A stretch of DNA of 64,000 nucleotides from positions 248,001 to 312,000 of IMG/VR virus record IMGVR_UViG_3300042879_006196, one strand, 5' to 3'. Shown here piece after piece: positions 50,471-59,602 of the stretch (within the stretch, counting starts at the first letter, position 1; each line of letters starts with the position of its first letter). A program made the position numbers and the translations under genes. The notes beneath the pieces are model-generated. The model was not told the DNA's origin. It made no database searches and was given only the letters and a program-made list of their open reading frames with translations.

Positions 50471-50805
50471 CAAACCTTTACCATTTAAATACAAAAAATT
50501 TTAGTACTCATTGTTTTGCTCATACTCCTGAGGAAGCTTTAGAGCACATTAAAGAAAATTGTAATTTTAGACCATGTTATTCATATGTAATCAAATTGGT
50601 AGAAGACGATACACTAAATGAAGATGGTGTTAGTTTTTTGAGAGAAAAGAATTTTATTGGTATACCAAAAGTAAAATTCTTTCTACTTAATGGCTCGGAA
50701 GCACATTGGTATGATCATTTTCACAATCAGAAAAAAACTCACTCTTTGTGGTGGTCTGAAAAAGTTCCTGGTTCAGAAAATCTTTGGAAGAAAGAAACCG
50801 TATAA
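50467..50805 (+). CDS. hypothetical protein
   Basis: 112-aa ORF, ATGA overlap with the previous gene. Confidence 0.5.
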   Translation: MTNLYHLNTKNFSTHCFAHTPEEALEHIKENCNFRPCYSYVIKLVEDDTLNEDGVSFLREKNFIGIPKVKFFLLNGSEAHWYDHFHNQKKTHSLWWSEKVPGSENLWKKETV

Positions 50806-50811
50806 TTATTC

Positions 50812-51195
50812 ATGAATGTTAAAAAAGTGAAGTGGTTTACTGAAGAATTAGTAAAATCTAATCCAGATTGTGTATTTATTTTTGGTGACAATCTTTTAAA
50901 AGTGGGTAAAGGTGGTCAAGCTATAATACGTGACCATTTCAACGCTTATGGAATTCCAACAAAAAAGCACCCTTCAATGTCACAAAATTCATTTTTTTAT
51001 GATAGTGAGTATGATGATAATTGCCAAATTATTTTATCTGCAATAGATAATATCCCAAAGAATTTTTCACAGATTGTGTTCCCTATAGATGGACTGGGGA
51101 CTGGACTTGCAAAACTTAATGTTACAGCTCCAAAAACATATAAATTTCTGATTGATACAATAAATAATAGATTCGGAGATATATATGAATACTGA
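50812..51195 (+). CDS. conserved phage protein (FGDN...G.GGQA...R...N..GIPTK family, macro-like)
   Basis: Motif recall; TATAAT 5 nt before ATG. Confidence 0.65.
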   Translation: MNVKKVKWFTEELVKSNPDCVFIFGDNLLKVGKGGQAIIRDHFNAYGIPTKKHPSMSQNSFFYDSEYDDNCQIILSAIDNIPKNFSQIVFPIDGLGTGLAKLNVTAPKTYKFLIDTINNRFGDIYEY

Positions 51196-51637
51196 TATGC
51201 GAGATAAACTGTGGGAATCATTCCCTGATTTAATTTTTTTTGATGGTCCAGTAAACGACACATCAATTGTTGGCTTAGCAATGATAGAAGATGATGGGTA
51301 CCACATTGTCACTGTTTATGACAAAGAAATGGTTTTAAGAGACCTAGTTAATTCTAGTGCTGCCGAATCAATAGAAGAAGCAGAGTTAGATGCAATTGAA
51401 TGGTTTGATTTCAATATTATTGGCGCATATGTTGGGACATTCACTCCTCTTTTCATTTGTGAAGATTTAGATGAAGATTGTGCAGCTATGAGGTTTTCTG
51501 AAAGCTATAGTGATTATTTTAGCCTTAAAGATGTAAATACTTTACTTGAATGCTATGATTTAATTAATTCAACAAATAAATTTTTATTTGTTCCTTTGAA
51601 TGATGCAAATAATTTAGCTGAATTTATAAAAATATGA
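51185..51637 (+). CDS. conserved phage hypothetical protein
   Basis: VYD..........EA.EWFDFNI.GAY.G..TP.F pattern. Confidence 0.6.
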   Translation: MNTDMRDKLWESFPDLIFFDGPVNDTSIVGLAMIEDDGYHIVTVYDKEMVLRDLVNSSAAESIEEAELDAIEWFDFNIIGAYVGTFTPLFICEDLDEDCAAMRFSESYSDYFSLKDVNTLLECYDLINSTNKFLFVPLNDANNLAEFIKI

Positions 51638-51984
51638 AAGAAAGGTGGATTTTATATTTTGATGGTGCATGCCCTCTGTGTATCAAATCCCAAAATTCTT
51701 TGAAAAAGTATTTACCTGAACACATCAAACTCACTGCTGTAGATTTGAATAGTCAAATAGCTAAAAATAAAGGATATGATTTAAAACAGGTTGTGCTTGA
51801 GACTACAGAAGGTGTTTTCTTTGGGTACAATGCTTGGTTAAAGATTTTAGCCCAAACAAAATTTGCGTGGGCTACTTCTTTATTTTTCAGACCGTGTTTT
51901 ATTGTGTGTTATTTTTTAATATCAAAAAACAGAAAAATAATTTCAAAGTTTTTCATTAACTTTATCAAAAATTATACTTTTTAA
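51634..51984 (+). CDS. DCC1-like (DUF393) thiol-disulfide oxidoreductase family protein
   Basis: LYFDGACPLC (DxxCxxC). Confidence 0.8.
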   Translation: MKERWILYFDGACPLCIKSQNSLKKYLPEHIKLTAVDLNSQIAKNKGYDLKQVVLETTEGVFFGYNAWLKILAQTKFAWATSLFFRPCFIVCYFLISKNRKIISKFFINFIKNYTF

Positions 51985-54447
51985 CTCGTCATATTTTTTA
52001 CCTTGTTCAAGTTCTGGCAAAATATCTGAAAATTCACTTGAATTAATTACATCATACATCGCTTGTTCTTCTATTCCTCTAAGTTCTTGAGGCATATCAC
52101 CTTGTGTTTTTAAATTATCATCTGTAGTTGGAGTGGGCACTCTTGGAAACAAATTTTCCGTATCTTCTGAATCAATAATTGTATCTGAAACTGGCATGTC
52201 ATTTGCTAAGTTTCCTATTTCATCATCAATTAATTTTGTTGCTTCTGCTGATTCACTATCAGTATTTTCATCAAGTATATCTGCAATTCTTGAAAGTCGC
52301 ACGATGTTTTTTAGAATATTTGCTTTTGTGATGTTGTACATTAATGTTTTATTCTCCAATAAATCAAAAGAACCTGTTTTTAAATTTTTACTCAAGTTAA
52401 AAGAAACCACTGTGTTTTCACAAAAAGTGAGTAGTTCTAATTCTTTATCATCTTTATTTTTGATATCATTGCACCACTGAATTATTTTTTCTAAATCATT
52501 ATCTGATAATCTTAGTTGCTTGATACAATTTTTTAATTCGTTAATCTTTTGAAATTTAACTTTGAATGAAGGAGTACTTTGTCTCATTTTGTTTATTTCT
52601 TCTTTGAGAGAGCTTAGTTCTTGTTCATTTTCATTCAATGAATTGAGTTTAAATCTTATGTTTTTTTCTTGTTCAATTATAATTCTTTGCAGTTCTTGAT
52701 TATAAATTGCATAATTTGATTCTCCAAGTACTGTTCTAATCAAATTAAGATATTTTGATTTCATTTCCTTTGGAGATAAATCAAAATAAAAATTTCTCAA
52801 CATAGATTTTATTTGATTTTTTTGATCTTTTATTGCTGGAAATGTTTTAGAAATTTTATCAATTACACTATCGTCAATCATCCAAGGTTTAGTTATTTTA
52901 ATTGATTCTTCTAATATTTTTCTAGAAATTGCTGCATCCAGTTCTTTTTCTGTCGCAAGTATGAATGAAAGTGCACTAGATTTTATTTTTATTTCAGCAT
53001 TGTTAGGATTATTGATGTTTAAAAAATTGGATAAAAATTGTTTTTGTTCATCAGTTTGATTACATGATTTATACCAAGTGATTAATCTTCCCAAAGGGGT
53101 ATCACGTTGTGGCGCTCTGTTTACCGTAAAAAGGATATTCTTTTTTGTTAATTCCTTTTGAATCATTTTTATAATTTCTTCTGGATTGTCGGTTTTTGGC
53201 TCAGTAAAATGTATTATGTTACAATTAATTGTTTTTGCGAAATTATCTTCTGCATTTACTTTGACTTTGTGTTTAAAATCATATTGAGCAACTTTAAATT
53301 CATTTTTACTTAATGATTTATATTCATCAATGTTTGGGTTTTCAGATCTTTGTTGCAAAAAAGAATCAAATTTTCTTCGATCACTTTCACTTAAGGTGTA
53401 TCCGAAATATTCACCAACAAGCATTATTTCCGTTTCAATTTCAGGAATTTCATTTTGTTTTATTTCATTCAAATCGCTTTTTAACACATCGCAAACCACA
53501 ATGAAGTCAATTAAAAAGTATTCATAAATTGATTCTTCTGGTGATGGAATTTTCATTTTTGAGGGAATATATCTTATATTAAAAACTTCTTTTAAAGTAG
53601 ATAAAACTTTTTTTTCTTTGAGTGATGAATATGTAAATTTAAATTTTTCTGGAAATTCTTCTACAAATAATTTATTTTCTTTTAATGGTTGAATTCTTTC
53701 TTTCAAAAGTTTCAAATCTTCACCATATAAATCACACAAATATGCATAAAATTTTTCTTCATTTCTATCTGATTTATTATAGGCTGTATTTAGTTTTTGG
53801 AGTATTTTTGTATTATCATCTACCATAGAGCGATAGATTTGTTCAGGTGCTTCTTCAGACCAAAAATCAAAACCCAAGTCATTTAATTGTCTTTTAAAAG
53901 TTTCTTTTCCAAATTCAGTGTCAATTGTTTTTATTCGAGACATGTTTGTTTCTGAACTTCTTCCCAGCATCTCATTTAATTTATTTAGAACTTCAGATTT
54001 TTCCACTGACTTCATGTCTAATTTTTTTTCAAGATCTTCTCTGTTATATTTCACTGATAATTTTGCTAAAATTTCTTCAGGTAATTGACCATTAATCAAA
54101 AATTTGTTCCACCATTGATCAGATTTATATTTAAAAACATTTTTTGACATTGTGCCAGCTAAATCTTTAATCTCGTCATCAGTGTAATTTTCTATGCCAG
54201 GTGTTTTATTTATTTTTTCTTTGACTTTTTCTTCTATTATTTTATTTCTTTCGAATCTTAAAAAATTTTGAATTATACTTAAATCAATATTGTTAATCAA
54301 ATCATAAATAAAATTTTGTGTTATTGTAACTTTGTGTTCAATTATTTCTTTAAAAATTTCTTCTGTGATTACAGTAGCCCAATATTGTTTTTGAGCTTCG
54401 GTTAATTTTGTAGCTGCAAACAAAAGTTTATTTTTTATATCTAACAC
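51943..54447 (-). CDS. large hypothetical protein (834 aa)
   Basis: GTG 6 nt after TAAAAT; helical and coiled-coil rich; LSRIADILD motif near the C-terminus. Confidence 0.65.
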   Translation of the reverse strand: MLDIKNKLLFAATKLTEAQKQYWATVITEEIFKEIIEHKVTITQNFIYDLINNIDLSIIQNFLRFERNKIIEEKVKEKINKTPGIENYTDDEIKDLAGTMSKNVFKYKSDQWWNKFLINGQLPEEILAKLSVKYNREDLEKKLDMKSVEKSEVLNKLNEMLGRSSETNMSRIKTIDTEFGKETFKRQLNDLGFDFWSEEAPEQIYRSMVDDNTKILQKLNTAYNKSDRNEEKFYAYLCDLYGEDLKLLKERIQPLKENKLFVEEFPEKFKFTYSSLKEKKVLSTLKEVFNIRYIPSKMKIPSPEESIYEYFLIDFIVVCDVLKSDLNEIKQNEIPEIETEIMLVGEYFGYTLSESDRRKFDSFLQQRSENPNIDEYKSLSKNEFKVAQYDFKHKVKVNAEDNFAKTINCNIIHFTEPKTDNPEEIIKMIQKELTKKNILFTVNRAPQRDTPLGRLITWYKSCNQTDEQKQFLSNFLNINNPNNAEIKIKSSALSFILATEKELDAAISRKILEESIKITKPWMIDDSVIDKISKTFPAIKDQKNQIKSMLRNFYFDLSPKEMKSKYLNLIRTVLGESNYAIYNQELQRIIIEQEKNIRFKLNSLNENEQELSSLKEEINKMRQSTPSFKVKFQKINELKNCIKQLRLSDNDLEKIIQWCNDIKNKDDKELELLTFCENTVVSFNLSKNLKTGSFDLLENKTLMYNITKANILKNIVRLSRIADILDENTDSESAEATKLIDDEIGNLANDMPVSDTIIDSEDTENLFPRVPTPTTDDNLKTQGDMPQELRGIEEQAMYDVINSSEFSDILPELEQGKKYDELKSIIFDKVNEKL

Positions 54448-54496
54448 AATCTTATTTTAAAAGAAATTTAATCAAAAACCTACCGTATATATAATA

Positions 54497-55171
54497 ATGA
54501 TTATAAGCTGTTCGTACAAAAAAAGAGTGGGCAAAGATACATTTTGCCGAATTGTTAAAGAACTTTATCCTGATAAGAAGGTGGAAAGAGTAGCTTTCGC
54601 TGATGAGCTCAAAAAAGAATTAGACACAATCTTACTTATACCTAATGGCTTATCAAGAAATATGTTTGAGGATGACAATGTAAAAGAAATTGCCAGACCT
54701 TTACTACAAGGATGGGGCACAATTCGTAGAGAGTTTTGTGATAAGAATTATTGGGTAAAACTGGCTTTTTGGAGAATGCAAGACCCAGACACAATCTACA
54801 TTATCACTGACGCAAGATATTTAAATGAAATCGAATTTATCAACTCTCAAGGTGGGCACACTGTTCATATTAAAAGGGATTTACACGGATATAAGGCGTG
54901 GCTCAAAAGTCTTTCACATACTAAGTATTCTTGGGCTTCACACATTCTGCTCAGACCGTTTTTGATTGTGTTTTATCAGATTGTGTCTAGAAATAAAAAG
55001 TTTTTGAGCAAATCTGCAGACCCATCATCTTCTCATTCTTCAGAAACTGAATTAGACAATTATCATCATTTGTTTAAATACACAATCGAGAATAATGGAA
55101 CAGAAGCTGAGTTCAAAGAAAAAATTAAAATAGTTGTAGAAGATATATTTAAGCAGGAAAAAAAAATTTAA
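54497..55171 (+). CDS. deoxynucleoside monophosphate kinase (T4 gp1-like) with a 43-aa insertion
   Basis: KRVGKDT, FAD.LK, R.LLQ.WGT..R, WV, ITDARY.NE, H.SETELD. Confidence 0.8.
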   Translation: MIISCSYKKRVGKDTFCRIVKELYPDKKVERVAFADELKKELDTILLIPNGLSRNMFEDDNVKEIARPLLQGWGTIRREFCDKNYWVKLAFWRMQDPDTIYIITDARYLNEIEFINSQGGHTVHIKRDLHGYKAWLKSLSHTKYSWASHILLRPFLIVFYQIVSRNKKFLSKSADPSSSHSSETELDNYHHLFKYTIENNGTEAEFKEKIKIVVEDIFKQEKKI

Positions 55172-55188
55172 ATACCTAAAAACAGATT

Positions 55189-58014
55189 GTGTGGTATCGG
55201 TATTGCAGATTAATTATAGCGAAAAAAGAACATATAATTGCCAAAATTTACAATCATTTTAGGGAAGAATATGAAAATTCTCCAAATGATTTATATATTC
55301 TTGATGATATAAAAGAAAAATTATTAAAATTAGATGAAATAAATTTTTTTGATCAAAACATAATTGAATTAAACACTGATAAAAACACTAATAAAAAAAC
55401 TGTTAATTTTTTAGGAAAAGTTTGTGAAAGTTTAACTGATTTAGCAGAAGCTGTTGATCCCGTGTACGATGAAGTAATGTACAAAAAAGAATATAAACAA
55501 GAAAAGAAAAAACAACAAAGTTTACAAGCTTTAGAGTTTATTGCTGGAGAAGTTCAAGTATATCCCTGCAATGATGTCAATGATACAATAAGATTTGGAA
55601 GGGGTACCACTTGGTGCATTTCTCAACCTGGTACAGGTATTAAAGCTTATAACTCATACAGACTTAATCACCAATCTACTTTTTACTATGTGCAAGATGG
55701 AACAAGAACAGACAATTTGAAAAGAGTGATGGTAGATATGCAAGCAAACGGTGTTGTCAAACTCACTGATTTTGGTAACACCACTGGTACAATAGCTGAA
55801 TTTGGTACAGATTGGCAAGCATATTTTGACTATTTGAAAGAAGAAAAAGAAGTAGATATTTCTCAATTTGTTAATAAACCATTAACAGAAGAAGAAAAAA
55901 AAGAAATCAATACACTTAGTGAAAGAAACACCGATTACGAATGGTTTAAAAAATTATCATCAGATTATAAATCTAAATATATTGGCATGGGTCATCTTTT
56001 GTCTGATGATCAACTAAGATATATTTTGAAAAGTTCTTTGAAAGACATTTTAATTCGGGAGTACTTGAATACAGGTACCTGTATTACAGAAAGCCAAAAA
56101 AATATGTTATTTACAAATAATCAATACAAAAATACTTATGAGTTTAGAAGAACAAATTATATTAATGAAATAAAAGCACAAGTTACTGAAGATTACAAAC
56201 TTAAAAATTTAGCACTGGGTTCAAATGATTTCGATTTAATCACAGAACTTATAAATGAAGGAAAAATTACAAAAGACCAATTCATGAAAGTTCAGTCTCC
56301 TGAAATGTTCTTTTTTTTGATGGATCAAGATTTTGATAAAAAGCGTTTAGTTGAATCTAATGCAGAACATAATTTTACAATTGACTATTTAAGTTCATTG
56401 CCTGCAAACGAGAGCAAAAATCTTTTATCTGGGGTTCTTTTAAGTAATCTGGCTGCAATTAGAAAACTTTATGCTAATGGTATGATAACTAGCAATAATA
56501 TAAATTGGTATGCCGTATTTATATGGAATTATGGATTTGAATTTTCAGATATCGAATTGTTTAGTAACTTGTATAAACAAAGTGTTTTTCAGGAAGATAT
56601 CGATCAAAAATTGAAACAAACTGAAGTTAAAACTCAATATAAAGCAGCTTTTTACCTTTCCAATAATATTAAAACAGATAAACCAATTGATTTCGCAACT
56701 ATATTATCTATAGGTATTGATGAAAAGCTTAAAGCTTTTTATTATCAATATTTTGATACCTTAACGCCAGATCAAAAAAAATATATTCTTGATAGAGTAT
56801 CTTTTGGTTATGGAAATAATAATTTCTTAATATCATTGGGTAAAAAAATAGATTCTCTTGATGAAAAAGATCTATTTAGAGTCATAAACTCAGCTGACGC
56901 ACAAGCAATGTTTGCTTTATCAAAACAACTTGCAAAAAATGATTTGCAAATTTTGATCAACGATGATAAAGCAAGATTCAGTAATCAACTTACCATACAA
57001 TGGCTTTTAAGTAATAATTTTGATGTGCAAGCCAAGAATATGGATTTTGCAGCACTTTTTTCTTCTGATCATGAAATAGCAGATTTTGTTTTTGAAAAAT
57101 TTGAAAACTTAAGTAGTGAGGAACAAAAAAAACTGTTTGGTAGCTTTTACGTCCAACCAAAATCTATTAAAGTAGCAAAATATTTATTTGAAAAAGGCGC
57201 ATCTTATTTCTTAAGGTTTGTTACATTCGACATCATTGATGCAATAATTAGTTCTATGACTAATCTGCCTTATGAAGCATGGGATAATATTTCAGGTAAT
57301 GAAAAAATTTATAACAACAACGAATTTATTATGAAGTATATACCAAATTTAATTGGTAAATTTAGTTTTGCATATAGTGCTCCGTTAAGATTTTTTGACC
57401 TTATCTTTGAGAAATTTAACAATTTTGAACGTAATCAAGATTGGATAGTAAGACAATTTTGTTCTCATAATAAATCTTGCAATGAACAAGTGGCAGAAAA
57501 ATATATAAAAAAATATCCTAGCTTAAAAGAAGTTATTATTCAAGCTTTTGTGGATAATTATAGCGGTAAAATTCCTTCAGAAGATTTTATAAATAAATAT
57601 TACGATGAAATTTCAGAATTTATTGGTTATCTTTATCGCTATAAAAATTTTACTGAAGATTACATAAGAAAATTTGCTGACAAAATAAAATTTGATAGAG
57701 TTCTTATGTCAACAAAAAATTTATCAAATGAATTTTTTGTTGATTTTGAAGAAAAAATTGCTGAGATTCCTGATCGTGAAATGAATGATATACTAGAAAA
57801 TACAACGTTACCTGAATATTTTTTGAGTAAATTTGCACATAAATTTAATGATTATAATTGGCGCCAAATATCAAGAAAATTTCAATTATCTGAAAATTTT
57901 ATTATAAAATTTGCAGATAAATTAGATTTTCAATATATTAAATATAATGAAAATATTCCAGACGTAGTGAAACAAAATTTAAAAGTAAAAGGATATGCAG
58001 TTGATATATTATGA
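55189..58014 (+). CDS. large mosaic protein (941 aa) with C-terminal (L/F)SE.FI..F.DK helical repeats
   Basis: GTTWCIS..YNSY..FYYV.D N-terminal domain; repeats such as LPEYFLSKFAHK, LSENFIIKFADK. Confidence 0.6.
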   Translation: MWYRYCRLIIAKKEHIIAKIYNHFREEYENSPNDLYILDDIKEKLLKLDEINFFDQNIIELNTDKNTNKKTVNFLGKVCESLTDLAEAVDPVYDEVMYKKEYKQEKKKQQSLQALEFIAGEVQVYPCNDVNDTIRFGRGTTWCISQPGTGIKAYNSYRLNHQSTFYYVQDGTRTDNLKRVMVDMQANGVVKLTDFGNTTGTIAEFGTDWQAYFDYLKEEKEVDISQFVNKPLTEEEKKEINTLSERNTDYEWFKKLSSDYKSKYIGMGHLLSDDQLRYILKSSLKDILIREYLNTGTCITESQKNMLFTNNQYKNTYEFRRTNYINEIKAQVTEDYKLKNLALGSNDFDLITELINEGKITKDQFMKVQSPEMFFFLMDQDFDKKRLVESNAEHNFTIDYLSSLPANESKNLLSGVLLSNLAAIRKLYANGMITSNNINWYAVFIWNYGFEFSDIELFSNLYKQSVFQEDIDQKLKQTEVKTQYKAAFYLSNNIKTDKPIDFATILSIGIDEKLKAFYYQYFDTLTPDQKKYILDRVSFGYGNNNFLISLGKKIDSLDEKDLFRVINSADAQAMFALSKQLAKNDLQILINDDKARFSNQLTIQWLLSNNFDVQAKNMDFAALFSSDHEIADFVFEKFENLSSEEQKKLFGSFYVQPKSIKVAKYLFEKGASYFLRFVTFDIIDAIISSMTNLPYEAWDNISGNEKIYNNNEFIMKYIPNLIGKFSFAYSAPLRFFDLIFEKFNNFERNQDWIVRQFCSHNKSCNEQVAEKYIKKYPSLKEVIIQAFVDNYSGKIPSEDFINKYYDEISEFIGYLYRYKNFTEDYIRKFADKIKFDRVLMSTKNLSNEFFVDFEEKIAEIPDREMNDILENTTLPEYFLSKFAHKFNDYNWRQISRKFQLSENFIIKFADKLDFQYIKYNENIPDVVKQNLKVKGYAVDIL

Positions 58015-58524
58015 GCTCAAAATATGCTTTTTAAATTTATCTAAATCATCTTTGAAATATAAATTAAATATGGGGATTTTTTTATTCTTAGCTATTCTTA
58101 AAGCTTGCCCTGTTCCCCCTTGCCAATTTTCTTCATCATCTACTTCACAATAGCAGATAATAAAATCAGATTTTGTTCGGCAATTTTTACCAAGCACTTG
58201 ATATGTGTTTCTCGCCATTAGTTTTTGTACGCCTTCACTTGTGCCAAATAAGTTTGGATGAAATTGAAAAGCAATTTCATAAGCTTTTTCACATTGTGCG
58301 TAGAGGTCAGAATTATTTCCATTGAAACCTTTCCAGGGGAGATAAATTTCTTTGAGCCCACAGGCTTTATCACAGCCTTTTTCAAATGCTTTATCAGCTC
58401 CATCAGCCCCTCCTGATCTTAAAACATAACCTTTTTTAGCTAAAACAGCGCCAAGTTTTTCCATTATAACAAGAACGTTTTCTGGTGTTGATCTTGACCC
58501 TATTCCTGCATAATATTTTTCCAT
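58009..58524 (-). CDS. SLOG / DprA-like superfamily protein
   Basis: YAGIGSR.TP, LRSGGADGAD.AFE.G, RN..QVLG, GGTGQA.RIA. Confidence 0.8.
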   Translation of the reverse strand: MEKYYAGIGSRSTPENVLVIMEKLGAVLAKKGYVLRSGGADGADKAFEKGCDKACGLKEIYLPWKGFNGNNSDLYAQCEKAYEIAFQFHPNLFGTSEGVQKLMARNTYQVLGKNCRTKSDFIICYCEVDDEENWQGGTGQALRIAKNKKIPIFNLYFKDDLDKFKKHILSS

Positions 58525-58611
58525 TAATTTATATACGAAAAAAGAATTGTCATTTTTTATTAGAAATAGAAACTATACGATAAATTTATCGTCTAAAAAA
58601 TAAGGTCAAAA

Positions 58612-59181
58612 ATGAAAAAAAAAATTTTTAAAATAATCTTTACTGTTGTAACCGTTTTTATGCTGGCATCAATTTCTTTTGCACAATTCGATGGAGCTGA
58701 TAAAAAACTCACTGTGGAATACAAAAATTCAGATGTGAGAGAAGTGGTGATTTCAATTCTGAAATCCGTAAATTTGAGCTACACTCTTTTTCCAGAAGTA
58801 CAAGGACAAGTGACTGTATCAGTAAAGGACGTGCCTCTTTTAACAGTATTAGAGAACATTCTTCAGCAAGTGGACTGTACATGGTCTTATGCAGGTGGAG
58901 TTGTTGTTATCAAAAAAAGAGAATTACCTCCTACCGAACCACAATCTCAAGAAATTACTTCAACACAATCTGGAAAACCTGCAAAAGTAATCAGAAAACT
59001 TATCATTCGCAGTAGTGACCCTTTGCTTATTGCTATGCTGTTAAGTGGAAGCCAAAATTATTTTGGTTCACCTGAGCCAACACAATCTTCATATTCTTTT
59101 GGTGGCTTTGGAAACAATATGATGGGTGGTTTTGGTGGATTTAGTGGGCAGGGCGGTTTTGGAGGAAATAACCTTAGATAA
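58612..59181 (+). CDS. secreted secretin N-terminal (STN/N0-like) domain protein lacking the secretin barrel
   Basis: Signal peptide (..ASISFA/Q), LTVEYKNSDVREVV....QGQVTVSVKDVP....LENILQQ, RKLIIRSSDP.LIAMLL, Gly/Phe-rich tail. Confidence 0.7.
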   Translation: MKKKIFKIIFTVVTVFMLASISFAQFDGADKKLTVEYKNSDVREVVISILKSVNLSYTLFPEVQGQVTVSVKDVPLLTVLENILQQVDCTWSYAGGVVVIKKRELPPTEPQSQEITSTQSGKPAKVIRKLIIRSSDPLLIAMLLSGSQNYFGSPEPTQSSYSFGGFGNNMMGGFGGFSGQGGFGGNNLR

Positions 59182-59182
59182 A

Positions 59183-59207
59183 AAAGGCTTCCATTATGGA
59201 AGCCTTT
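59183..59207. terminator. hairpin terminator between convergent genes
   Basis: AAAGGCTTCCA-TTA-TGGAAGCCTTT. Confidence 0.8.
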
Positions 59208-59211
59208 CAAA

Positions 59212-59535
59212 TTAGTTGTTTAGATTAGCTATCTCTTCAGCTTGCTCTAATGTATAAGAATCAACTAAGCCAAGTGCTGGTTGTTCCAGAGCTTCTGTCG
59301 CAGCTTTAACTTTTTCAAGTTCTGACAATATATTACTTAAGTGTTTTTCCACTTCTGTAAGTTTTGTCTCAGACCATGTGCCAGCTCTTCCCATTAAAAA
59401 GTTCAAATTCATGAATTGTACTTTGTTGTGGAATTTGTTGACAATAATATCTATCTTGTAAACGTGCAAAAGCACTTCTTTTAATTTTTCGACTTTTAAT
59501 TTTTCGTCCATGTTTATTTTATACATTTTTTTCAA
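59212..59535 (-). CDS. hypothetical coiled-coil protein
   Basis: 107-aa ORF. Confidence 0.5.
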   Translation of the reverse strand: MKKMYKINMDEKLKVEKLKEVLLHVYKIDIIVNKFHNKVQFMNLNFLMGRAGTWSETKLTEVEKHLSNILSELEKVKAATEALEQPALGLVDSYTLEQAEEIANLNN

Positions 59536-59602
59536 AAGCTTAATTGTTTCTTAACATAATTAAGAAGATTATAGTAACCAAAAAATGTAAATAAATAATG
59601 TT

